Of a stretch of 32,347 bases of DNA, positions 15,096 through 26,800 are shown one piece after another. This DNA is from Basidioascus undulatus. Lineage: Eukaryota. The notes beneath the pieces were generated by a model. The model was not told the origin of the DNA and made no database searches. It saw nothing but the letters and a program-made list of their open reading frames with translations. The translations under genes were made by a program, and so were the position numbers. The stretch spans positions 1-32,347 of the forward strand of contig JTLS01000092.1 of assembly GCA_000826855.1 (NCBI GenBank), given 5' to 3'. Positions within the stretch are counted from its first letter, which is position 1; each line of letters starts with the position of its first letter.

Positions 15096-16067
15096 TTAGG
15101 CAGCCTCGGCCTTGACCTTCTTGGTCGCAACAGTGCCCTCCCCTGTGTAGCGGAGCAAGAAGGACGAAAGTGGTATGTACACGTTAGTACGGCATGGAGG
15201 ACTGGGACGGTGGAACGCAGGGTACGCACGGAAGCCGTTCTTGAAGCGGCGAGAGACGTGCTGCAGGTGGCGCATGCGGCCAGTGCCGGTCGTCTTCCTG
15301 CGCTTCGCCTTCTGGCCCCAGTTGTACGAGCGGAGCTTGGCCGAGGGGTAGCCGCACTGAGCACAGGCTGTGGGGCGGTCGGAGGAAGGGGCGGAGGGGA
15401 AGGCCCAAGGGAAGGCAGTCGGAGAGGTGGTCCAGTTGAGGAGGGTCGAAGTGGGACGCGAAGAGGTGGATAATGGAGTGAAATTGTGTGGAGCGGGGCG
15501 GCGAAGAGCGGAGGTGGTGAGAGTGCGCGGGCGGAGGGGCAAAGAGGGCAGAATTGTCAGCGTGCAGCTCGTCCCGACCGCGTCCCTCCCCGCCCGTCCA
15601 TTTCCAGCGCCTCAAGCTCCCTCCCAGCTTCGCCCAACTGCCCGGGAAACAGAGAAAGAGATACGCACTCTTGTGCTGCTTGTGGAACGCCCTGTTGCCG
15701 CAGCGACGGCAGAGGGTGTGCGACTTGGTGTGACGCTTACCGAACGAGGAGGTACCCTTCGTCTGTGCGCCCCAAGTTCCCGCCCAAAGTCAGCATAACG
15801 ACGCCCTCGCCGCCTGGACAATTGTGTGTGTTGCGCGTAGGGTGTAAAAGAGGCGGGGGTCCTCGAGAAAGCGAGCGAGCGAGTCCGTCGTCGCCAGGAG
15901 GCCAGAGGCCCGCCCGCCCGCCTCGTAGTCCAGCCGCCTCCCGGCCTCGAATCCAGCCCAGCCAGTGCGAATTTCGGGACCGCACGAGCACGAGCGTGCT
16001 CCCAGCGGCGTAGGGTGTCGATTGGGATGGTGTAGGGGTGCATTGAGGGACCGTAGGGACTCGCCAT
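15096..16067 (-). CDS. RPL37: 60S ribosomal protein L37 (eL37), 4 exons
   Basis: Exons 16067-16065 (ATG only), 15762-15669, 15367-15230 and 15142-15096 give [93 protein letters not shown]. The first intron has a GC donor (GCGAGT). Confidence 0.97.
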
Positions 16068-18476
16068 CGCTGCCGGATCTTGGTGGGGACGAGGGTGAAG
16101 GAGGCGCGTTCCCCTCCTTCCTTCTCTCGTCCCCTCGAGTTTTCGAAGCGAGCGGAAATTAGTTAGTCATCAATTTTGCAGCATTTTTTCTCCTTTTCAC
16201 CTTCGCCCTCGTGTTGTTTCTTTGACGTGCTACTCCATGTAGAGTTGGGAACCTAATATTCAGATTAATCCAGAAGAATACTTCGAGTGAATAGCAAGTT
16301 AACAGGCAACCCCAGTGTTTTGTCGACCTTGGGCAACTCGCCCCATTCGGACTCCGACTTCGCCGTCAAGCTCGTCCCGACTGCGTGACACGCTCCCCCT
16401 CGAATAGCTTATTTCAAGCATGTGATATGAGCAAGGCATGTCAAGAGGAAACCTCCCCCACGGAGCCGACGATGTTCTGAGGCAGGGATTGAGGATTGGG
16501 CATGGGCGACCGGCGCGTGATCCTGACCGTTCACTCGCTCCGCACAACCCGACGCTCCACTCAGCTGGGATACCCAGGAGCACTCTAAAAAGCCTTAAGA
16601 AGGCAAAAGGAAGCCGCGTTCTGACACATAAGGGCGGGAAGGACTCTTGACTGTGGCACGGTTGGCACAGCAGATGGCAGCAGCCATGGCCACGTCCCTG
16701 CACCCAGATGTGCGTCTCGTTAGACCTCCTCTCTCACTGATTGGGGATACTGGGCCTGGAAAGACGGAACGACGGTGTTTCGATGACAAGCCTCCCTAGA
16801 TATGCTCGGTGCCAGTACCGTACCAGTGCGTTTTCAGACTCAGCTATCTTATCACGAAACCTGACATAAGTGACAGCTTGCGCTCGCATGCCATGACTGT
16901 ATAGCTACACAAACTGACAGGCATTCCTACCGTTGGTGCAGTGCATGACATGGCAGCCAGACGGAATTTAAGGCAGCCGCTGTTGTTATCCCTGGAAAAG
17001 TTTATATAATTCCATTTTTCTCGTTCCTTTCAAGTACATTTACCAAAGGCGACAGTCTCTGCCCGTCTTCGAAGGTGCACCTGTGCGTGTCCCTTGTGGC
17101 TGTTCGGGTAAGACCTCGGGGAGCTGCATACAAGGTGCAAATTGCGTCGAACGTGAATATACCATTCAGCCCTTCCCTTGGGCTTCAAGCTTTCCCGTTA
17201 GAGCGGTGATGAAGGTCTAGACGTTCTGCATATGATAAGAACGACCAGCAATACAACCTTGGGCAAAGCACGAGGACCGCCGCATAAGCTGGCTGTACTC
17301 AATCGTTGGCTTACTATTGCTTCCTGAATAAAAGGTTATATTTTGAAACCCCCGGGCACACAGGAAAGAAAGTCCTCCGGTTTCTTGCGCTTTCGGGGAC
17401 ACGGGGGAACTGCCACTCAGTGGGAAATATCCTGCAAAGAAATCAATGGGTGTTACTCATTTTTTTCATTCGATTCGATGTTAATCTCCCCATGCAGTGA
17501 TAGCTCGCATGCTTGCGGATACGGTACTTGACACGCATCTTGTTCGCAGCCTCCGCACGGCTCTAACAAAGAGTTGCCTATCTTCCTTCAGACTTATCCG
17601 AAGTACAAACAAGAAAATGCACATGTCTATGTTCAAAAGGATCCACTTGCAAACACTACCATTGAACACCCCACCGATATCCGGTTGCTAACTTATGTCA
17701 GCTGGCGGTGTTCTTTTCCTTCATCCGATCCGCCCAGAGGACTCTGGAGCCATATCGCCTCCCATGTGACCTCACTCAATCATGATAGCCCAGAATTTTC
17801 AAACGCCGGGGTAATATTCGACCTTCCAAGGAACGTTGTTGCATCGAGGCCATAACAAGCTGAAGGGCATCAGCTTCAACTGCCGACGAAGTCTGCCGTT
17901 GATGATATAGGACGTTGTCAGGACGACCTATCAGAAATTCTGCACTTTTCTGCTCGATGGGCCCAAATCTCCTCGACACTGTTTGAATTCGCGCGTCCAT
18001 GTCGACACCACGGCCGCGGCTTGCCAGGTCACAGTAGACAGTCTTCGTACTGCTGGTTCGATTGTTGGATTTGGTATTCCGCTGTAACTCCAATGGCAAG
18101 TGGTGGGGCCCTTTATGGGCAGATATTCAAGCTGCCTACCCGTAGCGTTGGGCGATGCTTGCGGGAAACATTGTTTGGCGCCTCATCAGCGGCAGGGCTC
18201 ATCACCGCAGATGTCTCCTTGCCTCATTGTAGCAAGTTGCTACTAGTCAGACTCGGTTAAAGTCGAACGCAAGCGCTAGTTAGAAAAGGTCCAAATTATC
18301 TCTATATGCTGAAAAGTGAAAGGTCAGCGAGGCGGTGAGTTGATAGCGAGGGCGCGTCGCCCCCTTTCACGCGCCAACCCCCCCGGGAATCCAGGCTTGT
18401 CCCTCGACCTCATCCTCATACCGCACCTTACCTGCCCGCTCGGTGACGTCTCAGACCCAATTCATCAAAATCAAAC

Positions 18477-21400
18477 ATGTCGAGCGCACCTCCACTGGGT
18501 ATTCCGATAGTACAAGTTTCTGGTCCTCCAGAAGTCTATACGTAAGCGCCCAGCGACTGGGACGTGGGGATGCCGCCGCGCCGTTTCGCTGAAGCCTCCT
18601 CCATAGGGAAATTGATTCGGACGACTGGCCTTCTGAGGAAAGCGAGGAAGAGATCGACGAAGATACCATGGTCAATATCATTATGGAGGGTGAGCTGTCG
18701 ATATCCTCCAAGTGACGCTGATCCGGCATTCCGCCGTCTTCCGAAACTCACCTCGAGCGCGTTATTACGCACAGCCCAGGAGGCGTTCACCGCAGAGCAG
18801 ATTGACGCCATGGAAGAGGACCTCAAGGAGATTGGTAAACATATTCGCACTTTTTGTCGCTTTTGTTTAAGCGACGCTCAAGCACGTGGGCAGGTCTTTT
18901 CGGCTTCATTAGGAAATACGTGGTGGAGCGGCAAATCCCCATTCGCAAGCTCCTCCTCGCTTTTGGCGTTCTGCTGGTCAGCCCATCATCAGCGCACCGT
19001 CAATTCCATGGATCTAACAATATGTGTGGTCGGTTCAGCCAGCAGCGTACAACGACCCGACTATCGGCGAGGAGGCGCTCCTTCCTGTGTGTTCTGTCCG
19101 CAACTCCTCTTTTCCTCTTCATGTCTAACGGCATTCCACAGCTCCTTCGCGTCGCTCTCGCACGCATACTGCGGCAACGCGCGAAACTTCCAAATATTAA
19201 CACCATTGATGACGTCGTGCACCTCCTCAGAACGTCGCAGCGCATTATCGTGCTTTCTGGCGCTGGGGTGCGTTCTCCCGCGCCTTGAGCTCAAAGCGAA
19301 CCAGGCTGACACGACACGTCCTTCAGATTTCCGTTAGCTGCGGAATAGTATGATAGTGTTTCTTGTATGTATCTGCACAACTGCTTAGTCGAGTTTCTGC
19401 AGCCCGACTTCCGCAGTTCAACTGGCATATACCAACGCTTGAGGGACGAGGGCACGTACGAGCTAGACGACCCGCAACAGATGTTCGATAAGGACTTCTT
19501 CCTCGAGAACCCGAGCATATTCTAGTACGTGATGATCAAACCATTGCGGTATACTACGCAAGTACTGATGACTCCGTCGACCTCGCAGCTCTTTCGCCAA
19601 GGAGATCTTCCCCAGCAACTTCACTCCCAGCCCTTGCCACCGCTTTATCAAGGTACGTTTCTCCCGAGATAGTTTATGACCATACGATAAACCGTGCGTC
19701 CCAGCTTCTGGAGAACAAGGGAAAGGTACGTGACCCGATCGGAGAGCGCAAAAAAAAAATGCGAACACTCAACTAACTACTTCTCAATAGCTTCTTCGCA
19801 ACTACACTCAAAAGTGAGATCATCCTCATTCATCTACCAAACGTGTGATTAACGAATTTTAACCCGCAGTATCGGTGATTAATTAGCTCGTGTTCTAGAC
19901 GTGTTCGGCCAGTGCTGATTCTCCCACAGATACTCTGGAAACCGCCTGTGGCATAAAAAATGTCCTGCCGTGCCACGGATCCTTCGCGCAAGCTGCCTGT
20001 GTCCGATGCGGCCACACTGTGGACGGCGCCGGTGAGTTGCATCAATCGTGTCGAACCTCGCGCCGCGCGCGCTGACTCTTCGCCACAGATATCAAAGAGG
20101 ACATCATGGCTTGCCGCGTTCCGGCGTGCAAGGTCTGCACGGCCAGAAAGGCCGCCGAGCGAGCCGCAGTACCCAAAGCTCCGCCACGCAAGAAGCGCAA
20201 GACGACGGGGTGGAACAGCGAAGAGTCGGAGTCGTCTGAAGAGGAAGAACAGGAGGAGGGCCCGCCGCCAGTGATGAAGGTCAGCTTTTTGCCTTCTTTC
20301 CTATTCGTCAACCTAACCGCTGACAGTACATCCGTTGTGTAGCCTTGTATCGTGAGCTCACGTTCGGTGCCCGTCTTGACGTAGCAGCTCCCTAACGCCG
20401 CATGCTCTCTGATTAGACGTTCTTCGGTAAGTGGCAACTCCACCTCACAGGAAAATACGCTAGACATCAGGATTGAATGTCATGCCTGCACGCAGGTGAG
20501 AAGCTGCCCAGCGAGTTCGACCGCCTCCTCTTCGAAGACCGGGAGAAAGTCGACCTGCTTGTTGTGATCGGCACCTCCCTGAAAGTTGCGCCAGTGTCTG
20601 AGATTCTCGGTGAGTGATCAACACTGCTGTCTCGATTGTAATTTGGGCTGACGTCCATCAATAGCCCACCTTCCCCATTCCATTCCTCAGGTGCGGTTTC
20701 GCTGACGAGCATATACGGCATTACATTGGCTGACAACGGGGCGTCCACACAGATCCTGATCAACAAGACGCCTGTACAGCACTTCACGACGGATGTGAGT
20801 TGTCTATAATATGCTGAAATCTTGTGTCGGTGCTCACGCCGTATTTCTGATCTTAGATTACTCTGCTCGGGGATGCAGACGAGGTGCGCCACATTCCGTT
20901 TCGTCGAAGAGGCGCAACGCTCACAGTTCGCTGTCAGGTCATCCACGATCTTTGCTCCCGTTTAGATTGGCAGCTTCCAGAGCCCGCCGAAGAGGGCCCC
21001 GAGGGGCTCAGGGTTGAGGAGCCTGCTGGGAAAGGCAAGACGCCTGAGATTGAGCACCTGGGCGACGAGTACCCGAAGCGCGTAGCCGAGACGTGCGCCC
21101 CTTTCAGCTACCCTCAGCCTGCTCGTTGCACTCACGCCAATATGCCCAGTCATATCTGGCTATATCCCGGCGCCGACGGCGGCAAGTACATCGACAACCT
21201 GCTGCGGCCGCGCTCGCGCCCCGGCTCTCGCGCTTCGTCTCTGGTCCGCTCAGGACCTTCCCTCGGTACTCGTTCCCGCTCCGGAGCTTCCACCCCAGCT
21301 CCGTCCGAGTCAGAGACGTCTGTCGCCAGCGCGCCGACCACCGCCGTGCCGAGCGTGTCGAACTCACCCGAGATCAAGGGCCGGCGCGGGCGTCCGCCGA

Positions 21401-21732
21401 AGCCGCGCGCGAGCGCTCCGCCGTCCCTGGCGTCCACGAGCCTCCAACCAGGCGCGCCTGCGAAGCGCCCACGTGGTCGTCCTCGCAAGTACAACCCGGA
21501 CGGCACGCTAATCAACCCTCCGGCCGGCGCGACGGGGTTCAGCGCCGGCGCATCCTCCGCCGCGGCGTCTATGGTCACTGGCGAGGCACCGCCTAAGCGC
21601 CCTCGTGGTAGACCTCGAAAGTATCCACTGCCTACCTCCACCGCTCCCGCCGCTACTGCAGCTCCCGCTGCTCCTGCTTTGTCTCTCCGCAGCGCAGATG
21701 TGAGCGGAAACGCCTCGGGCGCAGACCTCTGA
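18477..21732 (+). CDS. SIR2: NAD-dependent histone deacetylase of Sir2/Hst1 class with C-terminal AT-hooks, ~20 exons
   Basis: Motifs [38 protein letters not shown], CxxC..CxxC zinc site, [33 protein letters not shown] at 21730-21732. Confidence 0.95.
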
Positions 21733-21907
21733 AGATGCTCCGAGCGCTCTTCCCAACCCACCTTGTCGCATATTCCGCATTCTGTTAACATAGCATGATT
21801 TCAGGTCTATTTCTCCCCTCGCTAGATTTGTTGCTTCAATTGCCGTCTGTTGCTCTTGGGCGTTTTCTCATTCACTAGCTATCTCCTGCACGGCACAACA
21901 ATGCACT

Positions 21908-23024
21908 TCATGATCGCTTCTTCTTCTGTCCGCTAAGTGCCTGTGCCACCGCTCTCCGCACCTCGTCCACTCCGAGCTTGTCTGAACCGCGCGCCTCCTT
22001 GCCAAGCCCAACAAGCAGGACGCCCGGGAGGCTCGTAGGTGCTGCGCGCGCCACCCGCATCTCCATGTCCGTGCGGCGGGCCTCGAGGAGCGAGGGCGGG
22101 AGGAGGTCGGCCTTCGTGATCACCACTTGGAAATCCCAACCTTGACCAGACGTTGCTCTCCGCTGCGCATCGAGATGAGCGAGAAACTGCAGGTCTGAGT
22201 CTAACGGCGCATCCTTCCCGTGCAGCAGGACGAAGACGCGGCGCAGTCTGTCGCCCGCTCTTGTCGTCAGCAGTTACGATAGAAGGGGAGAAAAGAAACC
22301 CGAAGGCGTACAGTTGCCGCTTCTTCAAGTACTCATCGATCATTTTGCCCCAGACGTCCCTCCCTCGCGCGCCATAGCCGGGCGCGTCGACCAACGTCAG
22401 GTCCGGCGAGACGCTGAAGAAGTTGAGCAGCTTGGTATGACCCTATAGGTGGTCGAAAGTCAGTTCAAGAGCTTGTGCCGCTGCAGGGTTCAGACACTCA
22501 CCGCATGCCGTGAGGTTTTGACGAGCTCGCGGCGACCCATCAAGGCATTGAGCAAGCTGCTCTTTCCGACATTGGACCGTCCGAGGAAGAGGACCTGGAG
22601 CCTCACACGACATGACTTTGTGACAACATTTTGAGCTCATGGAAGGACTACGTACCTCGCTGGCGGTAAGATCTTTCGTGATCTCGCTTATTCCACTCGC
22701 AGACGAGACAAAACGCGGGTTGCCGGTGAACAGCTTGTTCAGGCGTTTGGCCTGGGCTATGCTCACAGGAACGGCAGCGGGGGATGCTCCCTGGTAGAAC
22801 TTCGATTGCTCAGGAGTTTCGAGTGGCGCGGTTTCGATTGACGCGGTAGGCTCTTCCTTCGGTGGAGGGGTCGGGAACGCTGATGCGACCGGCGACGAGG
22901 GAGACTCGATCGAGACCGATTGGCCGGGTGGGGCGCGAGGGAGCTGCCATGCGCTCGAGGAGTGAATGCGTCTCGCGAGCAGACGCGATGTCAGTATATA
23001 GAGGGAGTCTGGAGTAAAAACCAT
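21908..23024 (-). CDS. EngB/YihA-family GTPase (probably mitochondrial, MRX8-like)
   Basis: G1 [24 protein letters not shown]3 LVDAPGYG, G4 VITKADL. The Arg/Ser/Leu-rich N-terminus resembles a targeting peptide. The start codon is less certain. Confidence 0.9.
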
Positions 23025-23178
23025 GAGCGGTGAGAGCCAATGAGGTGCGTGATGGTAAGAGGATCAAGGGAGGACTGGGTCGAGGAGCTGAACTGCGAAG
23101 ACAGGCGGAAACTGTCCGCGCTTATTCACCGATTCTCGCGGAGGAGGCAACTCCGTTTCTTGGTCCCGGACCAGATCG

Positions 23179-24622
23179 ATGGTCTCAACCGCCATCATGT
23201 CGTCGAGCTCGTTACCGCTTCCGCCTCCCCCAACTGACCCTTCGAAATCCCTCGTGCTTACCGAGCCCCCCGCGGTTCCGCTTGAGCCCCGCGATGAGGT
23301 CCAAGTACCGGGCGAGGAGGCCGGGCAGTTGGAACCTACGGAGACTCCCGTCCCCGCCAGCGCGCACAACCCCGCCGCGCCCGTATGGTCACCACCTAAG
23401 TCACCACAGGTACTACTCGTGCTAGTAGGATTGGTGGGGTCTGGGAAGGTATATCTCCTTAGCGGGTCGACTACTCCGACGGCATTCCGGTTAATGTTCC
23501 TCCCGCAGTCAACGCTCGCAGTCGCCTTGGAGGAGCAATTGCCGGGGTGGGTTCGGGCGAATCAAGGTGCGCTGTCTGTCTCCGCTGGCGTACAATTATT
23601 GTACTTAAGCATAGTCGTGTTTCCCAAAGATGAGCTGAAGCGAAGGGAGAATGTCGAGCGCCTCGTGAGGGAGAGCCTTCTGGCCGGGAAGAGCGTAGCG
23701 GTAGACCGCACGAATGTCGACCCAGAGTACGTCCGTCGCGCGCATTTTCCGTGTGGTACCGTATTTTTTTAAATAATCCCTACAGTCAACGGAAACACTG
23801 GACGAAGATTGGGCGGGAGTTCCCGGGTGTGCAAATATGGGCCCTTATCAGTACGCCTCGCTTTGGTGTGTTTGTTTTGATGCTGCTCACAAGGTCATCC
23901 GCATGTGTAGTGGACACTCCCTTTAACGTGCGTATTTTGGCCTGCCCCGACATGTATTGTGGAACTGGCAGTCTCTCACATTGCCATGTTCCGCAGATCT
24001 GCGCCACCCGCCTTGAGAAGCGCACCGGGCACCCCACCATAAAGGATGCCGCTCAAGGCCTTGGCGTTCGTCTTACATTACAGCATGTTTACTCTTCAAA
24101 ATTCTCAAGTCCCCTTTCCAAACTGCCCAGGTCCTCAAACGTTTCGCCTCCCAATTTCGCTCGCCCTCCTCCGCGACGTACGAGGACTTCGACCGCATCC
24201 TCACGCTGCCGCCCTACCCTACCCCAACGTTCACGACCGCCGAGCTGCATAACATCCTCTCCCGCATCGCCGCGGCACCGAAGCTCGCCCCGCCTCCCGA
24301 CATCCGCAACTTCTTCGCGCCCGTCGGGCCAAGCTCGAGCGACAGGAACTGGCGCGAGCGTCGTGCCGGCAGCCAGTACTTCGGGCGCGGAACGTCGCCT
24401 AGTCGGAAAGCACCCGGGGTGGGCGCCGGCACGCGCGGGAGGGGAGGCGGCGTGAGGGGACCGTGGGATGGGAGCAGCAGAGGTGGCAGAGGAAGAGGAA
24501 GAGGCAGTGGGCATGGAGGAGGGGTCGGGATCGGCGCACCGGCTGGACCGACTGCGTCCCGTGGTGCGACTGCGTCCCGTGGTGCGGAGGCGGGTTCGAG
24601 CGGGGAGGGCGCTCGAGGATGA
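23179..24622 (+). CDS. P-loop (AAA_33/polynucleotide-kinase-like) protein with Arg/Gly-rich C-terminus
   Basis: VLLVLVGLVGSGK|STLA (Walker A), WVRANQ|DEL, SVAVDRTNVD..QRKHW, DTPFN|ICATRLEKRTGHPTI, EDFDRILTL. The last exon stays open to TGA at 24620-24622. The start could be 23179 or 23197. Confidence 0.8.
24549..24586 (+). repeat. In-frame 18-bp tandem duplication (CGACTGCGTCCCGTGGTG x2)
   Basis: Two exact adjacent copies encoding TASRGA twice. Confidence 0.9.
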
Positions 24623-25243
24623 TCCTTCTGCTGACGTTGCTGTCGCTTTGTTTACTTGCTACTGTGATCTTTTGTACGCCGCTTTGTGTCCACTGCCAAA
24701 TGTGTTCCTTCGACGTTGACATCATGCTCAGAGTGTCGGTCAACGCTCTCCGCCGCTTGATTGTTGACCAAAAATGTAGTTCGCTTGTACGCCAAATTGT
24801 CACGTTGTTAGAGTCGTTATCGACAGGACGACGATGCGACGACCGCCAAGGTCGGAGCGCGGGTGTCGACACACTCAGTGACCGGTATGTAGAGGCCTCG
24901 TTCTCGCAGAACCGGTTTCGAATATCACTTGACATGAATCTGGGTTGTACAATGGCAAGCACACGGACTATTGACGTGCCAGCGAGCACGATAGGTACTG
25001 GAACCCGAGAACGAGCTTCGATAAGACGTGTTGTGGCCGACGGTGACTCGACAAGCCTCTTGCCACACTCATCTGGGGTTGCGGTCTGAGGCACTGTGTA
25101 TAGGAACTGCCGCCAGCCGCACACGAAGTGGCACACAGAAGGGTAGACTGCGTGACGAGATTGCATCGTGAAGGCAGGAGGGCGAGAAACAGCAATGACC
25201 GATCCCATCCGCCCAACACCCCGAGACGCTTCCCGAACTACAC

Positions 25244-26068
25244 TTAAGCCTTGGGGGGAGCGGTGCCCTCGGCGAAGGTGTACGTGAGACCGCACTTGCT
25301 GTAAAGCGGCGTCGCTCGATCAGCGGCTGCTGAAAAGTCCCCCGCGCCATTCCGACAGGAACGAGAAACTCACCCGCAGTACTGGCGGTCGTGGTGCCAC
25401 GCCATGAAGACGCCGGCGCCGCACTCGGGCTGACTGGAGATCGCAAGGAGGGCGAGTGTAAGGGGCATGTCGGAAGAAGGGAATGGGGTGGGCGACGTAC
25501 GGGCATTCGCGACGGAGGCGCTTGACCTTGCCATCAGAGTCGACCTTGTAGTACTTAAGGATGGCCATCTTGACCTGTTGAACGGCGGGAAAGACGGCGT
25601 CAGCTAGAATGCCAAGGGGGGAACCACGGAAGGAACACGACGTGCCTTCTTGCGCTTGTGCTTGATCTTCTTGGGGGTGGTGTAGGTCTTCTTCTTGCGC
25701 TTCTTGGCACCACCACGCAGGCGAAGCACGAGGTGGAGGGTCGACTCCTTCTGGATGTTATAGTCCGAGAGAGCTGCACCGCCGCCGCTACCGATCAGCT
25801 CCCCGCTTCCCAGCACCCTCATCGGCAGGAATTGAAACGCACTGCGGCCGTCCTCGAGCTGCTTGCCGGCAAAGATGAGGCGCTGCTGGTCGGGGGGGAT
25901 ACCCTCCTTGTCCTGGATCTTTGCCTTGACGTTGTCGATGGTGTCCGAAGACTCCACCTCGAGGGTGATGGTCTTGCCCGTGAGGGTCTGCCCGACACCC
26001 GCCCCAAGTTCAGCATCCCCGCCTTCACCTGATATACGGGGTGTGCGTACCTTCACGAAGATCTGCAT
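25244..26068 (-). CDS. RPS31: Ubiquitin-40S ribosomal protein eS31 (S27a) fusion
   Basis: [144 protein letters not shown] at 25244-25246. Confidence 0.97.
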
Positions 26069-26339
26069 CTTGCTGATTGCTCGTCTGACCACGCCAGCCA
26101 AGGGTGATGTCCTCGAAGAGCGATGGGGGAAATAACCAGGGGACGATAGAGTGAGAAAACCTCTTGCGCGTCCGGGGTTACGGTCGCCGCGGCTCCTTGC
26201 AGCGCCTTTCACTCTTTCCTTCTCGTATCCCTGTCGCGGCGATACTAAGGCCATAAGTCTTATCTGATTTGATCAGAATCCACATGCTTTAAATTTATTC
26301 CATGCAGAGCGAAGAACCTCCGTGCACGAATTATCTCCA

Positions 26340-26800
26340 TGGACCTGTGTGACCAATGCGGTAGGTGCGTTGCAGCATGAAGACCTTCGAAGTTGCCGAA
26401 GCACATATTCACGTTTCTCAATGTGAGCACTAATGATCATGAGTGGCATTCTTGCCAATATCTCAACTACACGTTACCACTCGAGTACACCGCTGTGGAA
26501 GTGGTTGAGGAAGTCAGAAGAGCGAGCGTATTCGTCGCATCCGGGAGGCCCACCGTTGCTCACCGGTGCCAGTCCAGCCGCCTCTGGCTCCCGAGTTCAG
26601 CCCAGGCGACACAAGTTTGATTTCATCTAACACCCTCGAGCGTGTAGTCGAATGGTGTCGTTGGGCAACTCCGAACGTATAGGCTTGCCATCGCTATCGG
26701 ATCTTGGTGGGGAGGGACGACGTCAAGCGAGCCGCTCCCGTTCTCGAGACATTTCGCTGCTTCCGTTCACGCCGAGTGGAAGATATTTACTAAGTACCTG
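26340..26800 (-). repeat. Diverged copy 1 of the RPL37 5' region (UTR + ATG + intron 1), with no recognisable L37 coding exons
   Basis: CGGATCTTGGTGGGGA is identical at 26698-26713 and 16074-16089. AGTCCAGCCGCCTC is identical at 26571-26584 and 15927-15940. The matches are collinear and in the same orientation. Boundaries are approximate. Confidence 0.75.

Noticed and set aside
15612..16067. 151-aa ORF starting at the RPL37 ATG
   Set aside because: It is a read-through of intron 1 into exon 2 in the wrong frame, with no protein features. It is at most the product of unspliced RNA.
24399..25295. Long overlapping ORFs (298 aa minus, 208 aa plus) between the P-loop gene and RPS31
   Set aside because: No recognisable motifs. 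They overlap real exons and UTRs, and long spurious ORFs are expected at this GC content.
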